Assembly: GCF_001194135.2 (NCBI RefSeq)
Contig: NC_068990.1
Span: forward strand, 57,211,079 to 57,275,078
Reading direction: 5' to 3'
DNA length: 64,000 nucleotides
Source: Octopus bimaculoides
Taxonomy: Eukaryota
Part shown: in pieces, positions 37,406-52,110 of the stretch
Layout: every line of letters begins with the position of its first letter
Position numbering within the stretch: the stretch's first letter is position 1
Notes under the pieces: model-generated
Told to the model about the DNA's origin: nothing
The model's database searches: none
Seen by the model: only the letters and a program-made list of their open reading frames with translations
Made by a program: the position numbers and the translations under genes

Positions 37406-38787
37406 ATAACGATAACAACAAGAGCTATTGTGACGCATGTAAGCACATACAGATTGTGCTATAAGACAAAAGCAAGCATCTATGTGGTAGGTAAACCTAC
37501 TGCAAATAGCAGCCAAATCTCCTACAAATCAAACCTTATTGTTTTAATGATGGAAGAACACATTAACTAATCTAGTCTAGTCTTCGGTTTTCTCTCAACA
37601 GAAGACATCTGGAATCAACGACTTTGATTATAAATCTGCTTGATCAGAGCTATCTCAAGGCTGAACCACCACAACAACAGAAATATGCACGTGTATCCAG
37701 AATGTACACTAGTATCCTTGATGCAAAAATATGCCAGATATTTTAACATAACACAGTTATGTTCACAAGATAAAAGAAAAATATCCAAAGCATTCTCAGG
37801 AAACACAAACACATGTCAACATATTTTCTCTGTTGGAATAGCTGGGTTGTTGAGATGTTAGCTTCTCAATTTTGGTGTTTTGATTTCAATGTCATTGTGT
37901 GGCATCTAGAGCAAGTTTCTTTTATCATAGCTTTGGGTCAACTCAAGCTTTGCGAGTGAAACTGGGTGGCTGGAAACTGTGTGGAAGTCTGTTGTATTGA
38001 CAGTGCCAGCCTTGTCACATTTTGTCAAGGTGGATTCTATATGAAAATTACTTTAAAAGTTTCATGCTTCAATGGAATACTCAGCCAGTTATATATTAAT
38101 TCTTTTAGTAGATAGTTCAATCAATTGATCTGCTGGAAACTCATACATCACTCTTGATAGGTGAAGTCATCATTATCTGCTTTAAGCACACATGTTCAAA
38201 GCTCATTAGCCAGCTCAAATATTGTCCACAGATTAAAACAAAATATAATGAAGTTAACAGCACTGATGAAACAATGCTACTTTATGCTGTGTTCATTACT
38301 TTGGTGCCAAAATGACACAAGAAAAAGATTTGTATTGAAACAAACTTGTAATCATAAATAGTAGATTTCTCTTCTGTTTTCTGTAAACCTACTCCTATGT
38401 TTGATTTAAAATACCCACTTAGAAAAAGAAAATATTTGTAGATATTAAGTTTATATTAAGGGCAGACATAGTCAATGTGTTAAAGGAAAAATGGCAATAG
38501 TTTGATCTGCTGTCTATCTGTGAAAATTTGGTTGAGTGCCAGTGCCTATCAGTGTTAAAGCAAACCACACCTGATGCAACTAACACTCTGACAGAACAAG
38601 TGTCATTTAACCATGTAAAAATAACAGCTTGCACGAAATTGCCTCTCCCAAGATGTTTGCTGGTGGAACTCTTTCTACTCAACGCCAAGCTTGGCATTCT
38701 GCCAGAGATAATTTTGCACTGAACTGTAACAACAATTCTCACAGCAAAAAGAAAACTATATCCAATCTGCAGCTCTGGTTTACTTAC

Positions 38788-38842
38788 AATATCTGTGTTT
38801 AGGCCAGTTAACCACAGATGGGGATAGCCATCTGATATTTCT
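38788..38842 (-). CDS. Candidate exon, EISDGYPHLWLTGLNTDI
   Basis: attgcatag|A GAA ... ATT|gtaagt; phase 2 to 0; start of track ORF 38419-38850. Confidence 0.35.
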
Positions 38843-39844
38843 CTATGCAATATGATATATGTGAGTGAGTATGCACAAGTGTTTTATCATATATGTATGT
38901 GTGCATATATGCACATACACGTTATATGTCAAGTATGTATGACTATGAGTGTATATATGTGTTAACTAAAGTTTTTATGCAAAACTGCAGTTACAACACA
39001 AACACATGTTTATATCAACAGCAAGTTACACTTTAAGTATCAAATACTAATGTCATTGTACAACATAATGTTAAAATATATACTAGAGATGTTAATACTT
39101 CACAGAAATCCCTCTTACAACAATCCACTTCCTGATTAGTATTAGATTAATAAAGAATATATGCCAGCATGGAAAACAGATGTTAAGTGATGATGATGAT
39201 TATGATGATATGAATGTTCATCAATTTACTGATCATTATAGGTGCAGGCATGGCTGCGTGGTAAGAAGTTTGCTCCCCAACCATAAGGTTCTGGGTCCAG
39301 TTCCATGGTGTGACACCTTGGGTAAGTGTCTTCTACTATAGCAACCAAAGCCTTGGGAATAGATTTGATAGATGGAAACTGAAAAAAGCCCATCATATAC
39401 ATATATGTATATATGTATATGGGGTGGGTACCTTTGTGTCTGTGTTTGTTCCCACCAACACTTGACAACTGGTGTTTATATATTTATGTCACTGTGACTT
39501 AACAGTTCAACAAAAGATACCAATAGAATAAGTACCAGGCTTTAAAAATAATGAGTACTGGGGTTAATTCGTTTGATTATAATTCTCCATGGTGGTGCCC
39601 CAACATGGCTGCAGTCTGATGACTGAAACAAGTAAAAAAACAAAAGAATTATATATTATTTTTAGCATCTGCAGCAACCGCTTAAAGTCTGTTTTCCCAT
39701 GCTTTGATAGATTAGATAGATGTATCTGTCGTACAGAATATTACCACTTATATCAAGTCATTTAACTCATCTGAAAGACCCCAGATTATAACTTGTTTTC
39801 CACATCCACTTGTCCTCTTTTTCTATGGATATTATGTAGTGGGT

Positions 39845-40224
39845 GGAGGCGCAATGGCCCAGTGGTTAGGTAAGCGGACTCGCGGTCATAGGATCGCGGT
39901 TTCGATTCCCAGACCGGGCGTTGTGAGTGTTTATTGAGCAAAAGCACCTAAAGCTCTATGAGGCTCCTGCAGGGGATGGTTGCGAACCCGGCTGTAATCT
40001 TCCACCACAACTTTCTCTCACTCTTACTTCCTGTTTCTGTTGTGCCTGTAATTCAAAGGGTCAGCCTTGTCACACTGTGTCACGCTGAATATCCCCGAGA
40101 ATTACGCTAAGGGTATACGTGTCTGTGAAGTGCTCAGCCACTTGCACATTAATTTCATGAGCAGGCTGTTCCATTGATCGGATCAACTGGAACCTTCGAC
40201 GTTGTAAGCGGTGGAGTGTCAACC
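39845..40224 (+). mobile_element. Young tRNA(Arg)-like SINE, family C (OR-type)
   Basis: A box TGGCCCAGTGG, B box GGTTTCGATTCC, many CpGs retained; the body continues for ~300 nt, so this is not a tRNA gene. Confidence 0.9.
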
Positions 40225-41339
40225 ACATTATGTAGTGTGTAGTCATCATCTATTTGCATCATTGCACCATATGTCAATAACGAGTGCAGTCATCTCTTCT
40301 ACATGTTTCCTTTCATATAGAGTACAATTATAAATTCTACAAATCTTGCTTGCCTCATATCTTCCCCTACTTGCATAAATCTCCCATATTTAATGCCCCA
40401 CCGTCCATACAGTATCACACTTTTTAAGCATGCTTCATACTACATACCTTTTGGCATGAAAAAAAAAGAAAAAACCTTGCTAGCCAAAAGAATGTCTTCC
40501 ATTTTGTTTTTTCAATATGCTAACAGCTTTCACTATTATTTCCAACACTCATTAGATCACCTCACTATCAAAAGCTACCTGCTATGTCTTAGTGAGTTAT
40601 ACAGGTGTCTCTACTGCTAGCTACTGTTATATACTTATAATTTTTATAGTAATTTATTTGTTTATTTATTCATTCATTTATTTATTTGTCAGTTGACCAG
40701 AGATACCACAATGCATCTTTCTTTTAGCGCTCGCATCTGTACTTTTGATTTGCACACAAGTGAGATTCTACCTATTCTCTTCCTACACATTAACTACTAC
40801 TACTACTACAATGACTACCACCACCACCGCCAACACTGCCACCATCACCACTACTATTACTACTACTACTATTACTACAGCTGCTGCTGCACATGATCTA
40901 AGCAAATAGTGTATTCAACTCATTATCATAAGGCCTGTTCCGAGACTTGGTGATTATGTTGTGTCCTTAAGCATGGCACTTCATTTTTTTCATTGCTCCT
41001 GTCTTCTCAAGTGTTATGAGTATCAGTTGAGTGTTGGACAACCTTCCTTCTTTTCTACTGTCTGGTTCTGGATGTTTTGCCGAACCAAAAGGTGAGATGG
41101 CTGAGAAGGTGTTTGTGTCTATTTGCAATGACATTGACACCTAATACAGTTAGCAAAAACATGGTTCATATTACCAACGCATACTTGCTTGACAGTGACA
41201 TCTGGCTGTACTATATCACTAATACTCAAACAATCAAAGATACCTCTATAAAGTCATCTAATCTACTAGAAAAAATAACTCCAAACCTCAAATCTCATTC
41301 CACATTTAAAAAAAAAGAATAGGAAATATTATTCTCCTT

Positions 41340-41845
41340 CATCGCCTTCATACTACTTATACTCCCTGAACACACTGTTTCCTGACGGTAGCTCCCAGTA
41401 CATCTCCCACACTATCTACTTTTTTCTCTCTCTCTCTCTTACTCCATCTGTCTTTCTATCTTATTCTCCAACTCTCTCCTACCTTCCTTCTCTTTCCTTG
41501 TTCTGCTGGGGTAGCCAAGTATTTCCTCTATAGTAAGATAACTATCTCCATCCCTCTAACCTCTTGTCTGGCCACTTCCCTCAGCTCCACTCCCTATTTC
41601 TGCTAAGAGGTCTTAGTCTTGCAAGTTACATGGCAACCCTGCAGGTGCCATGTAAGAATCACTGGTGATGATGCAATGTAAAAACATCCAGTATACTCTG
41701 TGAAGTTGTTGGCATTAGAAAGGGCATCCAACTGTAGAACCCATTCCAGAATAGACAATAGGCATCTGGTGAACCTCTCTGGTTTGTCAGCTCCTGCCAA
41801 ACCATCCAACTTATGCCAGCATGGAAAACGGATGTTAAATAAGAA
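41340..41845 (+). mobile_element. 3' UTR/tail of the 34890-37160 RTE family
   Basis: GCAGGTGCCA..., TTAGAAAGGGCATCCAACTGTAGAA, GCCAGCATGGAAAACGGATGTTAAA. Another tail at ~61680-61745(-). Confidence 0.7.
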
Positions 41846-42987
41846 AAAAAAAACAAAACAAAAAAAACTAGGTGCTACAGAATACATATCTACAGATTTT
41901 TAACAAACTCCATCTTATAGACAGATGTAAATTCTTAGTCTCTGTACACAATATCTTAGATAGAAAACGTGGGCTCTAGTTTCACTCTTGTGTTAGAAGG
42001 TGTTTCTTACATATCTATCTCTTTTTTCTTTGTCCATGAAAATATTGTATTTTTAAATGTTCTGTGTACACCTAGTGGTCATAGTGGGGACAATCCATTC
42101 TAGATTAGATTAAGTTGAGGCAGATTTGGAAGTTAGAATTTACATTAGAGTAAAGAAGGTGCACAGAATATACACATTTAACAGATTTTTCATGCACATT
42201 ATAAAGTTCTTAAAGTTTCGAGTCATTGGAAGCCATGTATAGTGCTATTTCATCATTTTTTGGAATCATCCACATGACTTAACGTGAGGCAAATATATTA
42301 AGTTAAATTCAGCATTGTACTTGTGCAGTTTATGAAAGTGTTTGCATAGACAGTGTCTACATAGACAGTGTGTTTACATCTATCTATACAAAGTGTGTTG
42401 ATTAAAAATTTATGGTTATATATTCTTTTACAGTATAGCACTGAGATATTGCATTCCTAAATAGTCTAAAAAGACAGGTTAGTCATGGTTGTTATTGTAA
42501 GTTTGTCCAAACAAACTTTATCTAGGGATAGCTTAAAAACAACTAATAACAATAATACCAGTAATAATGATGATCATGAAGGCAATGATGATAATGATTT
42601 CGTTTATCATATGTATAAAAACATTTCACAAACAATATAAATTAGATATATTTTAACTAATGATCACGTGTGTCCTGATTTTAGAACAGGTACAAGGTGT
42701 CCTTGTGATTAAAAGGATTGCTAACAAGAAAATCATTCGAACATAAAGCATTGTCCAAAATTTTCAAAAACAGCCAAGAAGTAGTTTATTGTTCTTTAAA
42801 TAACTTCAAGAGAAAACAAGGATACATTGTTTGGGTTCAGTATACAATGGCAAATTAGTGAGCTGATAATACAGTTTCAAATTGACGGTAGCGTTTCTAA
42901 CTTCCAATGAACTCGTGTCAATGAAAGCATTATGTATAAGAAATTTCTGTTAACCAGTGGTCTGCTCTAGAGTTGTATCTATGTAAG

Positions 42988-43034
<47 letters not shown>

Positions 43035-43217
43035 CATACATACACACATATATATATGTATGTATGCATGTATGTATGTATGTATATGCACATATATATA
43101 TATATATAGATATATGTATATAAATATATATGTATACAAACATACATACATACATGTAAACATGCATACATGCATTATATATATATATTTTTTTTTACAC
43201 ACACAAACACGCACACA

Positions 43218-43248
<31 letters not shown>

Positions 43249-45055
43249 TTGTGGTCTGTGTATCTGTGTAGCTAACTAACTGTGTTTTCTTTTTGTAAAA
43301 GACTTGCAGATGAATGTGCTACCAGTTAAAAAGCTCAACATACTGGATGTTAGCAACCTTATGGGGCCATCAGGAGAGAATCCATGCCATTTCGGGGCCC
43401 CTCATCTCAATGGCATTATTGAGCACTGCCCCCACTCCCACCTGCTCCCTCACTGAGATGAGGCCCTGCTAGGTAGATCAACTGGTTACGAGGTTTCGCA
43501 ATGATACTTCCAATCTATGTTACAGTTTAGGAAATGCATTTGTATTTGTTCGAGGAGTTGGAGTTTCCTGATCACTTTTAAAATTACTTCATCTTTACTC
43601 CTTGTCCTGCTGTTTTGATACAAGCCAGCATATGCCTAAGATATCATTCATGTATCCCTCTAAGGGTTAATGGAATGATATCTCAGACATTTGCAGGACA
43701 TGCAAAGACTTTAGAAAAGTTATCTCAAAAAATTCTAGTGATGCTACTCTTGTTGGAACATGAATTACCATTAGCTTTAGGGTACCAACTTTGATAAGAT
43801 ATAAATTTTCTCAAGTTCAAATTTCTTCTAACTTTGTGATTTGTTCTTGAACAAAAATTGTCTCAAATTCCTGCAGATCGAAAAATATGTGTTTACAAAC
43901 CAATAACCAATAACCAATAAGCGTACATTGGCAGAAGTCCACATATTTATAGACGAGACATAATTGGTTGGATTAACTCCCAGTATATTACTAGTCTACT
44001 GATTCTGTTATCCACGGCCTTTAGTCAAATAATCAATAATTATATTAATAATGTTTTCTTTATATGCTATAAGTGCACCAAAGAAGGGATATTATAGAAA
44101 GACAAAAGGCGAAAGCATAAATAATAGAGGTGTTATATCGAGTGAAAAATATAAAAGTAATCGATTATATGTAAAGTTCAAGTAAAATGATATTATAAAT
44201 AACATAATGAAGTTCATGATTTTGGTTAATTTCATATGCCTTGGGAAGAAGAAGAATACAGCGTTTTGGAACTGACTTGTCATATCAGAATAAAACATTC
44301 TTTTCCAAATGAGAAATTTTTTTTCAGTTGAGCACATTTGACTTCTTTTCATGTGAAGAGCCAGTTCTAAAATGTCTTGTTTTTCTTCCCTACCATATTC
44401 AGCAATACAAACTCATCCGGGCTAGTTGACTTTACTGTGTAATGTTTGCTGACATAACATGTCTATAACACTTTTCACTATGTCAAATGTAATACTTAAT
44501 TATTCATATTGTTTCGAATTATTCTTGTATTATCTTATAGTTTTAAGATCACAATAACGTGATTGCATACTTTCAGAAAGACATTGTAGGGTACATGTGA
44601 GAGGCTTGATCTGACTGGTAGAATATTTTTTGTTACATGCTAACTTATTACATGCTAAACGTCTTGGACATTTCACATATTTTTTACAGATTCTTTAATG
44701 GCTTGTAGCCATTAAAGAAATTTCATAGTTAGCTGTGTCCATTCTGATTTTATAAAGCCCAGTTTCTCAAGAGCGATACAATGTCAGTAGTTGCCCCAAG
44801 AATTCTAAGTAAAAATCTAAAGTTATAATATGATGGTGTAACAAGAGATTCCTCTATAGTTTGGCATAGGTCTTTTCTTTTTTGATATAAATCTTTCTTT
44901 TACACTAACCTTTAACATTATGTACAGATGGCTGTATTGTTGTTTGTATGTCTTTCACTAATGTATATCAGAAAAAGTTGTAAACAACAGCAAAAAGCTG
45001 ATAAACTATTTTGTGGTATTCTGTCTATGTTGCATAGACAATTTCTGCCACTCAC

Positions 45056-45098
45056 ACTATTTGAAATGTAGTGAACCAGTAATTAGACCAATGGAGAT
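45056..45098 (-). CDS. Candidate exon, xLHWSNYWFTTFQIV
   Basis: gtattttgtgtttttatag|AT CTC ... GT|gtgagt; only one frame open (phase 1 to 2); joins 38842 in frame. Confidence 0.4.
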
Positions 45099-45748
45099 CT
45101 ATAAAAACACAAAATACCTTCAGTTGAATAAAACTGATTCATACTGTACATTATAAATGGAATCACTCACACAATACTATTGTAAAAGACTTCCAAATAA
45201 CATTAAGGATAATAGCAACAAGAGAGGAAGTGCATTTATTGGTAATGCAGTGAAAAACTTGCTCGAATTATGGGGAAGACATGACAGTTAATAACAAAAG
45301 TAATAATGATAATTGTTTCTAATTTAGGCACAAAGCTACCAGTTTTGAAGGGGTGGATTAGTTAACCTGATTGACTACAGAACTTGAGTAGTAAATTATT
45401 TTATTAACTCCAGAGAGATGAAATGCTGAGCTGGCCTCAGCAGGATTGGAAATCAGGATGTAGATAAATGAAAGAAATACAATAAAACGTTTAGTCTTAT
45501 TTCTCTAATGATTAAGCTAGCTTGCAACATTGGTGATGATGATGATGATGGTGGTGGTGGTGATGATGATGTTGATGATGATGATGATGATGATTGTGGT
45601 GATGGTGGTGGTGATGATGATTTCTTTATTTGTCTCAAGGGCGACATGTGAGTGAAAGCAGACAATACAAGAGCAAATCTTAAATATGATGGGGGTTTAT
45701 GGAGAATCGATTATGACGTGACCTATGAAAACAATAGATTATACATAC

Positions 45749-45780
45749 CATTCAGAAGTCTATTAAATATATGATGATTA
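45749..45780 (-). CDS. Weak candidate exon, NHHIFNRLLN
   Basis: ctctcttaatag| ... G|gtatgt; phase 2 to 1. A competing candidate at ~46514-46567 is incompatible with it. Confidence 0.2.
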
Positions 45781-46120
45781 CTATTAAGAGAGTGACAATA
45801 TTGTCACACATTAAATATAATAGACTACACTAAAACAGAGTGAAAATATACAAAAACACTCAGCATGGCCACTGTCAAGAGGCTGAAGAAATCAGCACTG
45901 GAATATGACAATAAATAAAATATTCTAAAATAATAAAGCATAGTAAAATTATAAAAATATACTAAAATAAAGTAGGTTGAACATAGTAAATTGTATTAAA
46001 TTGCCAACTTAATTTACGTTAGTTTTTCACAACTGAAAGTTTATGGTTGTATTAAATGTAGACTCAAATTCTCATTCTAAAAATGGGCAATTAACAGTCA
46101 CAGTCACAAGCATTCTGACC

Positions 46121-46152
<32 letters not shown>

Positions 46153-48500
46153 CTCTTATTCTTGATTTCTTTAGCTCTTATTATTCCCCTCTCCGTTCTC
46201 TTCCTCTGTAGTTTCCATTTCTATACCCCTGTATTTTTATTTCTTTCATTTCCCTTTCTCTTATTTCACCTCCTTTATTTTCGTTCTGTTCTTCACCACT
46301 TTTACTTCTCTACTCCATTTCTCTTGCTTTTCTAATGGTTTTTCAAACACTAAAAACTTCATAAAATATTAAGTCTGTCTACTAATGTCATAAACATTTT
46401 TCTTTCTTTTTTTATTCTTCTCAAAGAAAAACAAACCAAAGAAATTTATGAATATTTGAAAATACCATCAATATTATTGTATATTTCTGAAATCCCTTCA
46501 TCACACAACTTACAAGTAACACAAAGAACCCTTCTTAAGAGATTATAAGCATGTAAGTAGGTGTCTTCTGTTTAATGTTATCATTTTGATGTGAGTACTG
46601 TTAGTTGTTGCTGTTTTTCATGGCCAAGAATTTCAATTTCCTCCTGATTGAGGGTTCCTCAGTATTAATGGTATTGATGACTTAACAGTCCAATCCTAAT
46701 ATAAAGCAGACAAGAACAAAGATGCCATAGAACAGCTGGCAGAGGGCATAGTGGTTCTTGTTGCATCTTGCATTGTTTATTTTTATCTTTAATTTTTCTA
46801 TTTTTGCTCCAAAACTTTTAGTTTCAGTGGTGATAGAGTTATGCCATCTGAAATGGTTATAGGGTTCTATTATCCATAGTTTTGTCTCAGCTTTAATCAT
46901 TTTGAAGGTTTATCTTTTTTTTAGCTGATTTTCCGAATAATGGAAGGGACATCTTAAGGTCATTTTCCATTGGTTAATTTACTAAAAAGAATTCTTGATG
47001 AAGCTACAATGTTTAAGACATGTGGTTAGAATGAATGATATCATTAGGAGCCTGGTGGTTCTGAAAGGGCAAACCATGCTGGCAAGGTTAAAGAAGAGGG
47101 TTCAGAACATGACCAACCCTGCTTAAAAACCCCCAAGGCAGAACAAGTGGCTGTAAATAATAATAATGGTTGATCACCCTAAAGTTTGAACTGATTGAAT
47201 GGGATCAATGCAAAATGGATTGGCTAAGGGGGTGCCACTCAAAGCCAAACCTGGTTAGTGGCAGTTCACTGCAATTTTAGCCTGTCTGGTACTTGAAGAC
47301 AATCAATATTGATATACGGCAAAGGAATTTTTATCATTCCTAGAAAACTATTTTTATATGCCCGAATGCTTTGAACTTTGACATTTGCCTTTTTTTTGTA
47401 TTTTGTTGTTTATTGGGTAATCTGTGAAGAAGTCTATCTAGAGATATAACCATTTCTTTTCATGGTAAATGCTTTTCAAGATTGTGTCTGCATACAGTTA
47501 CTCCATATTTCAAATGTAGGCTATGCTTTGCAGTTCTTAACAACACCAATTTGACAAAGAGCAGTTTTATTCATGACAAGTGACCACACAGTCTCATAAA
47601 TAACTACAGATAAATACAAGCCAAGATGTCCTACACATTTTCCTCCCTAAAGCTGACATTTCTTTGCTAAATGTGATTTATGCAACCCATGATACAGAAT
47701 GAATTAGTTACAGTTTTGTTCTGAAAATATGAAGGCACAATGACTGTCAACAGAAGAAAAACTATCCCAAATTGTATGTATTTTTCAAGGAAAAACGCTT
47801 AATTCGATGGTAAGTGGAGTAAATATGCTAAAGGGCTCATTAAATGATGTCTAACAGTTTACTTTGACTAACCTTACAACTCTGAAGCCATTTGCTTTAT
47901 TTTTTTTCCCCTTCCCACTAAATACATGATACAAAAATTCATGCTGCAGTATTTTTCTTTATGTTTCCTATATTACTCTTAATGATGGCCGAGTTCTAAA
48001 AGTCAAATCACTTTGTCAGGAATTGCAAATTTTCTTATGACTAATGCAAAAATAAAAATCCCTTAGATATTTCAGCAACAGACAGCATATATTTTGGACA
48101 AAATATATATATATGTCTATAAATAACACTCTGTCTGCTAAACATCAAGACTAGTTATTACCATAAATTGTATCCTTTTTGGTGAACAAGAGATTTATTT
48201 TGGTCTCATGAGAACAATGAGTTTTATACAAAAGAAGCATTTCATTTCTGAAACATTTGATTTCATTATAGCACTTTCTTATATGTATTAGTGTCTGGGG
48301 TTTTATTCAATGATAAATTGTTTTACCACTTGACACTTGCTACTGGCATATGACACATGTTGGTTCTGGTAACATTGGTTTTATTGAATAGTCAGGTGAA
48401 TAAGTTTACAGATTCAATTACACTGTTTACAAACTATTCTTTTTACCTAAATTTGGCATAACATTCACTGGTGAGAAATGTTCAAACCAGGATAACTTAC

Positions 48501-48520
48501 ATAAAACTTGCTGATGATAA
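48501..48520 (-). CDS. Weak 20-nt exon candidate
   Basis: atatttaatgcag|TTATCATCAGCAAGTTTTAT|gtaagt; all three frames are open, so the phase is undetermined. Confidence 0.15.
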
Positions 48521-48719
48521 CTGCATTAAATATAGATGATGGCACTATTCATTTAACTTCTCACCTCCCCCAACACATACAGACACACATGCACTCAAAC
48601 ACATATGCATGCACACACCCACACGCACACACACACATGCACACATACATTAACTATAGCACTGAGACAGCATTCATGGGGATAAGTTCATAAATAAATG
48701 CGCAGATGTATGTTTAATA

Positions 48720-48871
<152 letters not shown>

Positions 48872-49553
48872 ATTATAGTATATATACAGTAAACAAACAG
48901 CAAGGTGGAATATGTATGTTTATTGAGTGAACATATGTAAATATATTTACAAACTTATTCCTCTCTCTTTTGAGCCCACCATATGTATGTGTGTCTTTTA
49001 CCTTTTTCATGTTTTGGTCATTTGACTGAGGCCATGCTGGGGCACTGCTTTCAAGAATTTTTACTCAAATGAATGAACCCTAGGAGTTTTGTTTTTTCAA
49101 GCCTGGTACTTATTCTATTGGTCTCTTTAGCCAAACAGCTAAGTTACAAGGATGTAAACTCACCAACACCACTTATCAAGTGGTAGTGAGGGAATACATA
49201 GGCACAAAGACGCACAAACACACAGACACAAAGACGCACAAACACACAGACACACACACACACATACACACATGCATGCATGCACAGACACACACACACA
49301 CGCATGCATGCATGCACAGACAAACACACACACACATGCATGCATGCATGCACAGACACTCACACACGACTGGCTTCTTTCAGTTTCTATCTACCGAATT
49401 CACTTACAAGAGTTTTGTTAGACCAAGACCATAATAGGAGATATTTGCCCAATGTTGTCACACAGTGGGACTGAACCTAAAACCATGTGCTTGGGATGTG
49501 AATCCCTTACACAGACATTCTAGTGCCTACATACAAATATACATACATACATG

Positions 49554-49584
<31 letters not shown>

Positions 49585-50570
49585 AAGTATAAAATATATA
49601 TATATATATACATATACATAAATCCCAAAAGAAAAACAAACACAAAAAAGCCACAATGCGAGGACGTGATACAGGTAAAGTATTAGCAGACGCTGAGGGA
49701 AGGAAAGAAAGATGGTTTAACGTTTCGAGCAGATGCACTTCTTCGGAAACAGAGGAAAGTCCAATAGAAGGGAAGACAGAGGAAAAAAATCTCCAATGAT
49801 TCACATGTGGTTACATATATATATATATGCATATAGATATATATGCATGTATATGTATATATATATATATATATATATNNNNNNNNNNNNNNNNNNNNNN
49901 NNNNNNNNNNNNNNNNNNNNNNNNNNNNNNNNNNNNNNNNNNNNNNNNNNNNNNNNNNNNNNNNNNNNNNNNNNNNNNNNNNNNNNNNNNNNNNNNNNNN
50001 NNNNNNNNNNNNNNNNNNNNNNNNNNNNNNNNNNNNNNNNNNNNNNNNNNNNNNNNNNNNNNNNNNNNNNNNNNNNNNNNNNNNNNNNNNNNNNNNNNNN
50101 NNNNNNNNNNNNNNNNNNNNNNNNNNNNNNNNNNNNNNNNNNNNNNNNNNNNNNNNNNNNNNNNNNNNNNNNNNNNNNNNNNNNNNNNNNNNNNNNNNNN
50201 NNNNNNNNNNNNNNNNNNNNNNNNNNNNNNNNNNNNNNNNNNNNNNNNNNNNNNNNNNNNNNNNNNNNNNNNNNNNNNNNNNNNNNNNNNNNNNNNNNNN
50301 NNNNNNNNNNNNNNNNNNNNNNNACACACACTAGTATAACTTTTTATTTTGCATGATAATCGTTTTGACCCATCCTGTAACTGTCCTTTATAGGTGGGAT
50401 ACTGTGCATTATACGATATTGCATCAATTTTGCAGTCTGGCTTACATCAGGTTCATTCATACATAAAGGGGTCTCTCGCTAAACATCTTGATTTTTGGCA
50501 GCCATGTTGTTATTTGTCCGCTTCAACAAATGTGCACACTAATTGATGTATTCTCATTAGTCCAAAATAT

Positions 50571-50613
<43 letters not shown>

Positions 50614-50959
50614 ATAAATCTTTCATCATTTGTCATTTACTTGTTTCAGTCATTGGACAATGGTTGTACTGAGGTAACATCTTGTAAGGGTTTAGTTGAA
50701 TGAATCAACACCAGTTTTCGCTTTTTAAAAACCTAGTGCTTATTCTATTGGTTGGTCTCTTTTTCCAAACTGCTAAGTTACAGGGATGTAAACAAACCAA
50801 CATCAGTTGTCATGTTGTGGTGGGGTGGGGGGACAAGCTCAAAACACAAATACATTCACACGCATGCACACATACATCCACACACACATATATACATACA
50901 CATCTACATACAACCACATATATGACAAGCTTCTTTCATTTTCCATCTAACAAACTCAT

Positions 50960-52110
50960 TGACAAGGCTTTCCAGAAGGTGGAATGGGAGTGTGACAAAC
51001 ATATCTGCAGCAACCATGGGGGCATCACCCTCCTCTCCATCCCAAGCAAGATCTTCACCAGGATCCTTTTCGGCTGTGCTCATCCTGTGAATAGAAGCAG
51101 AGACTACCCACAACAAGCTGGATACATATTAAATCAATCTACCACCAACCATACTTTTGCCTTTGTCTTATTATTGAAAGGTTTTGGGACTCCTGCAAAG
51201 ATTGCTGCCTCTACATCACCTTCATTGACCTAAAGGCTGCATTCAACACAGTCAATCACACACCTCTCTAGAAAATTCTCAAGCTATTGATGTTCCTCCT
51301 AAAGTCACTGTCTTGTTCCAGCAGCTTTATAGTAGTGCTGAGAGTAGCATGTGGATGAATGGAAAGCACTTCAACTGGTTCCCCATCAACAGAGAGGTCA
51401 GACAGCCCCAACCTCTTCAACTTAACATGGTAAACTATTCCAAGATCTGTAATAGCCTGCTTCAGCATGGTGTTCAGAATAAGACTAAGACATTCCCTGA
51501 GTTCATTGTAGTTGCCAACGCTCACACTCACCCCACTCTGCATACACCTGATCAATTATCTGATGACCAGGGTCTGTGAGCAAGTTTCTGGCATGACCTT
51601 CTGAAACTATCACCTTACCAACCTGAGTGGGTGGACAATACCACCCTATTCAGCAACTTGATTGACCAGCTCAGGGAAGCACTGACCATATATTGAGAGG
51701 TATCAACAAAGCTTGGCATTCAGGTGAGGTGGGTAAAGATCAAAAGCTGATGCATGTCAGTGATGGCCCAGACCTTTCCCCACTCCATACTGGCCCTCTT
51801 TCATCTACTTGGGCTCCACAGTCACAACAATAGAGACCTGATGCTGGAGAACAATCACAGATGTGGTCTTGCAACTAGGCTCAAGCACTCTTTAAGGAAG
51901 ACCCCTTAGCACCACAGCTCTGTCACCTGGAAGACAAAACTCTGCATCTAGAATCTATCGGTCCTTTCTGTTCTCTTATATGGAGCAGAAATATGGCCCC
52001 TCACAAAGACCCTGACAAAGAGGATAGGTGGCTTCAACAGTAGAGTATTGAAGACCATAGGGAACATCAAATTATACCATCATGTTTCCAACAAAGAGCT
52101 GTGTGTGAAA
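50960..52110 (+). mobile_element. Decayed RTE-clade reverse transcriptase fragment
   Basis: CSNHGGITLLSIPSKIFTRIL, QQAGY...ST, FIDLKAAFNTVNH, YLGS, VLLYGAEIWPLTK; interrupted by a ~110-bp insert at 51448-51556. Confidence 0.8.

Noticed and set aside
38419-38850. 143-aa ORF as a single-exon gene
   Set aside because: No domain signature; contains an internal GTAAGT donor, so only the first 55 nt were kept as an exon candidate.
39845-39920. tRNA gene
   Set aside because: A/B boxes are present, but no closed acceptor stem, and the sequence runs on into a SINE body.
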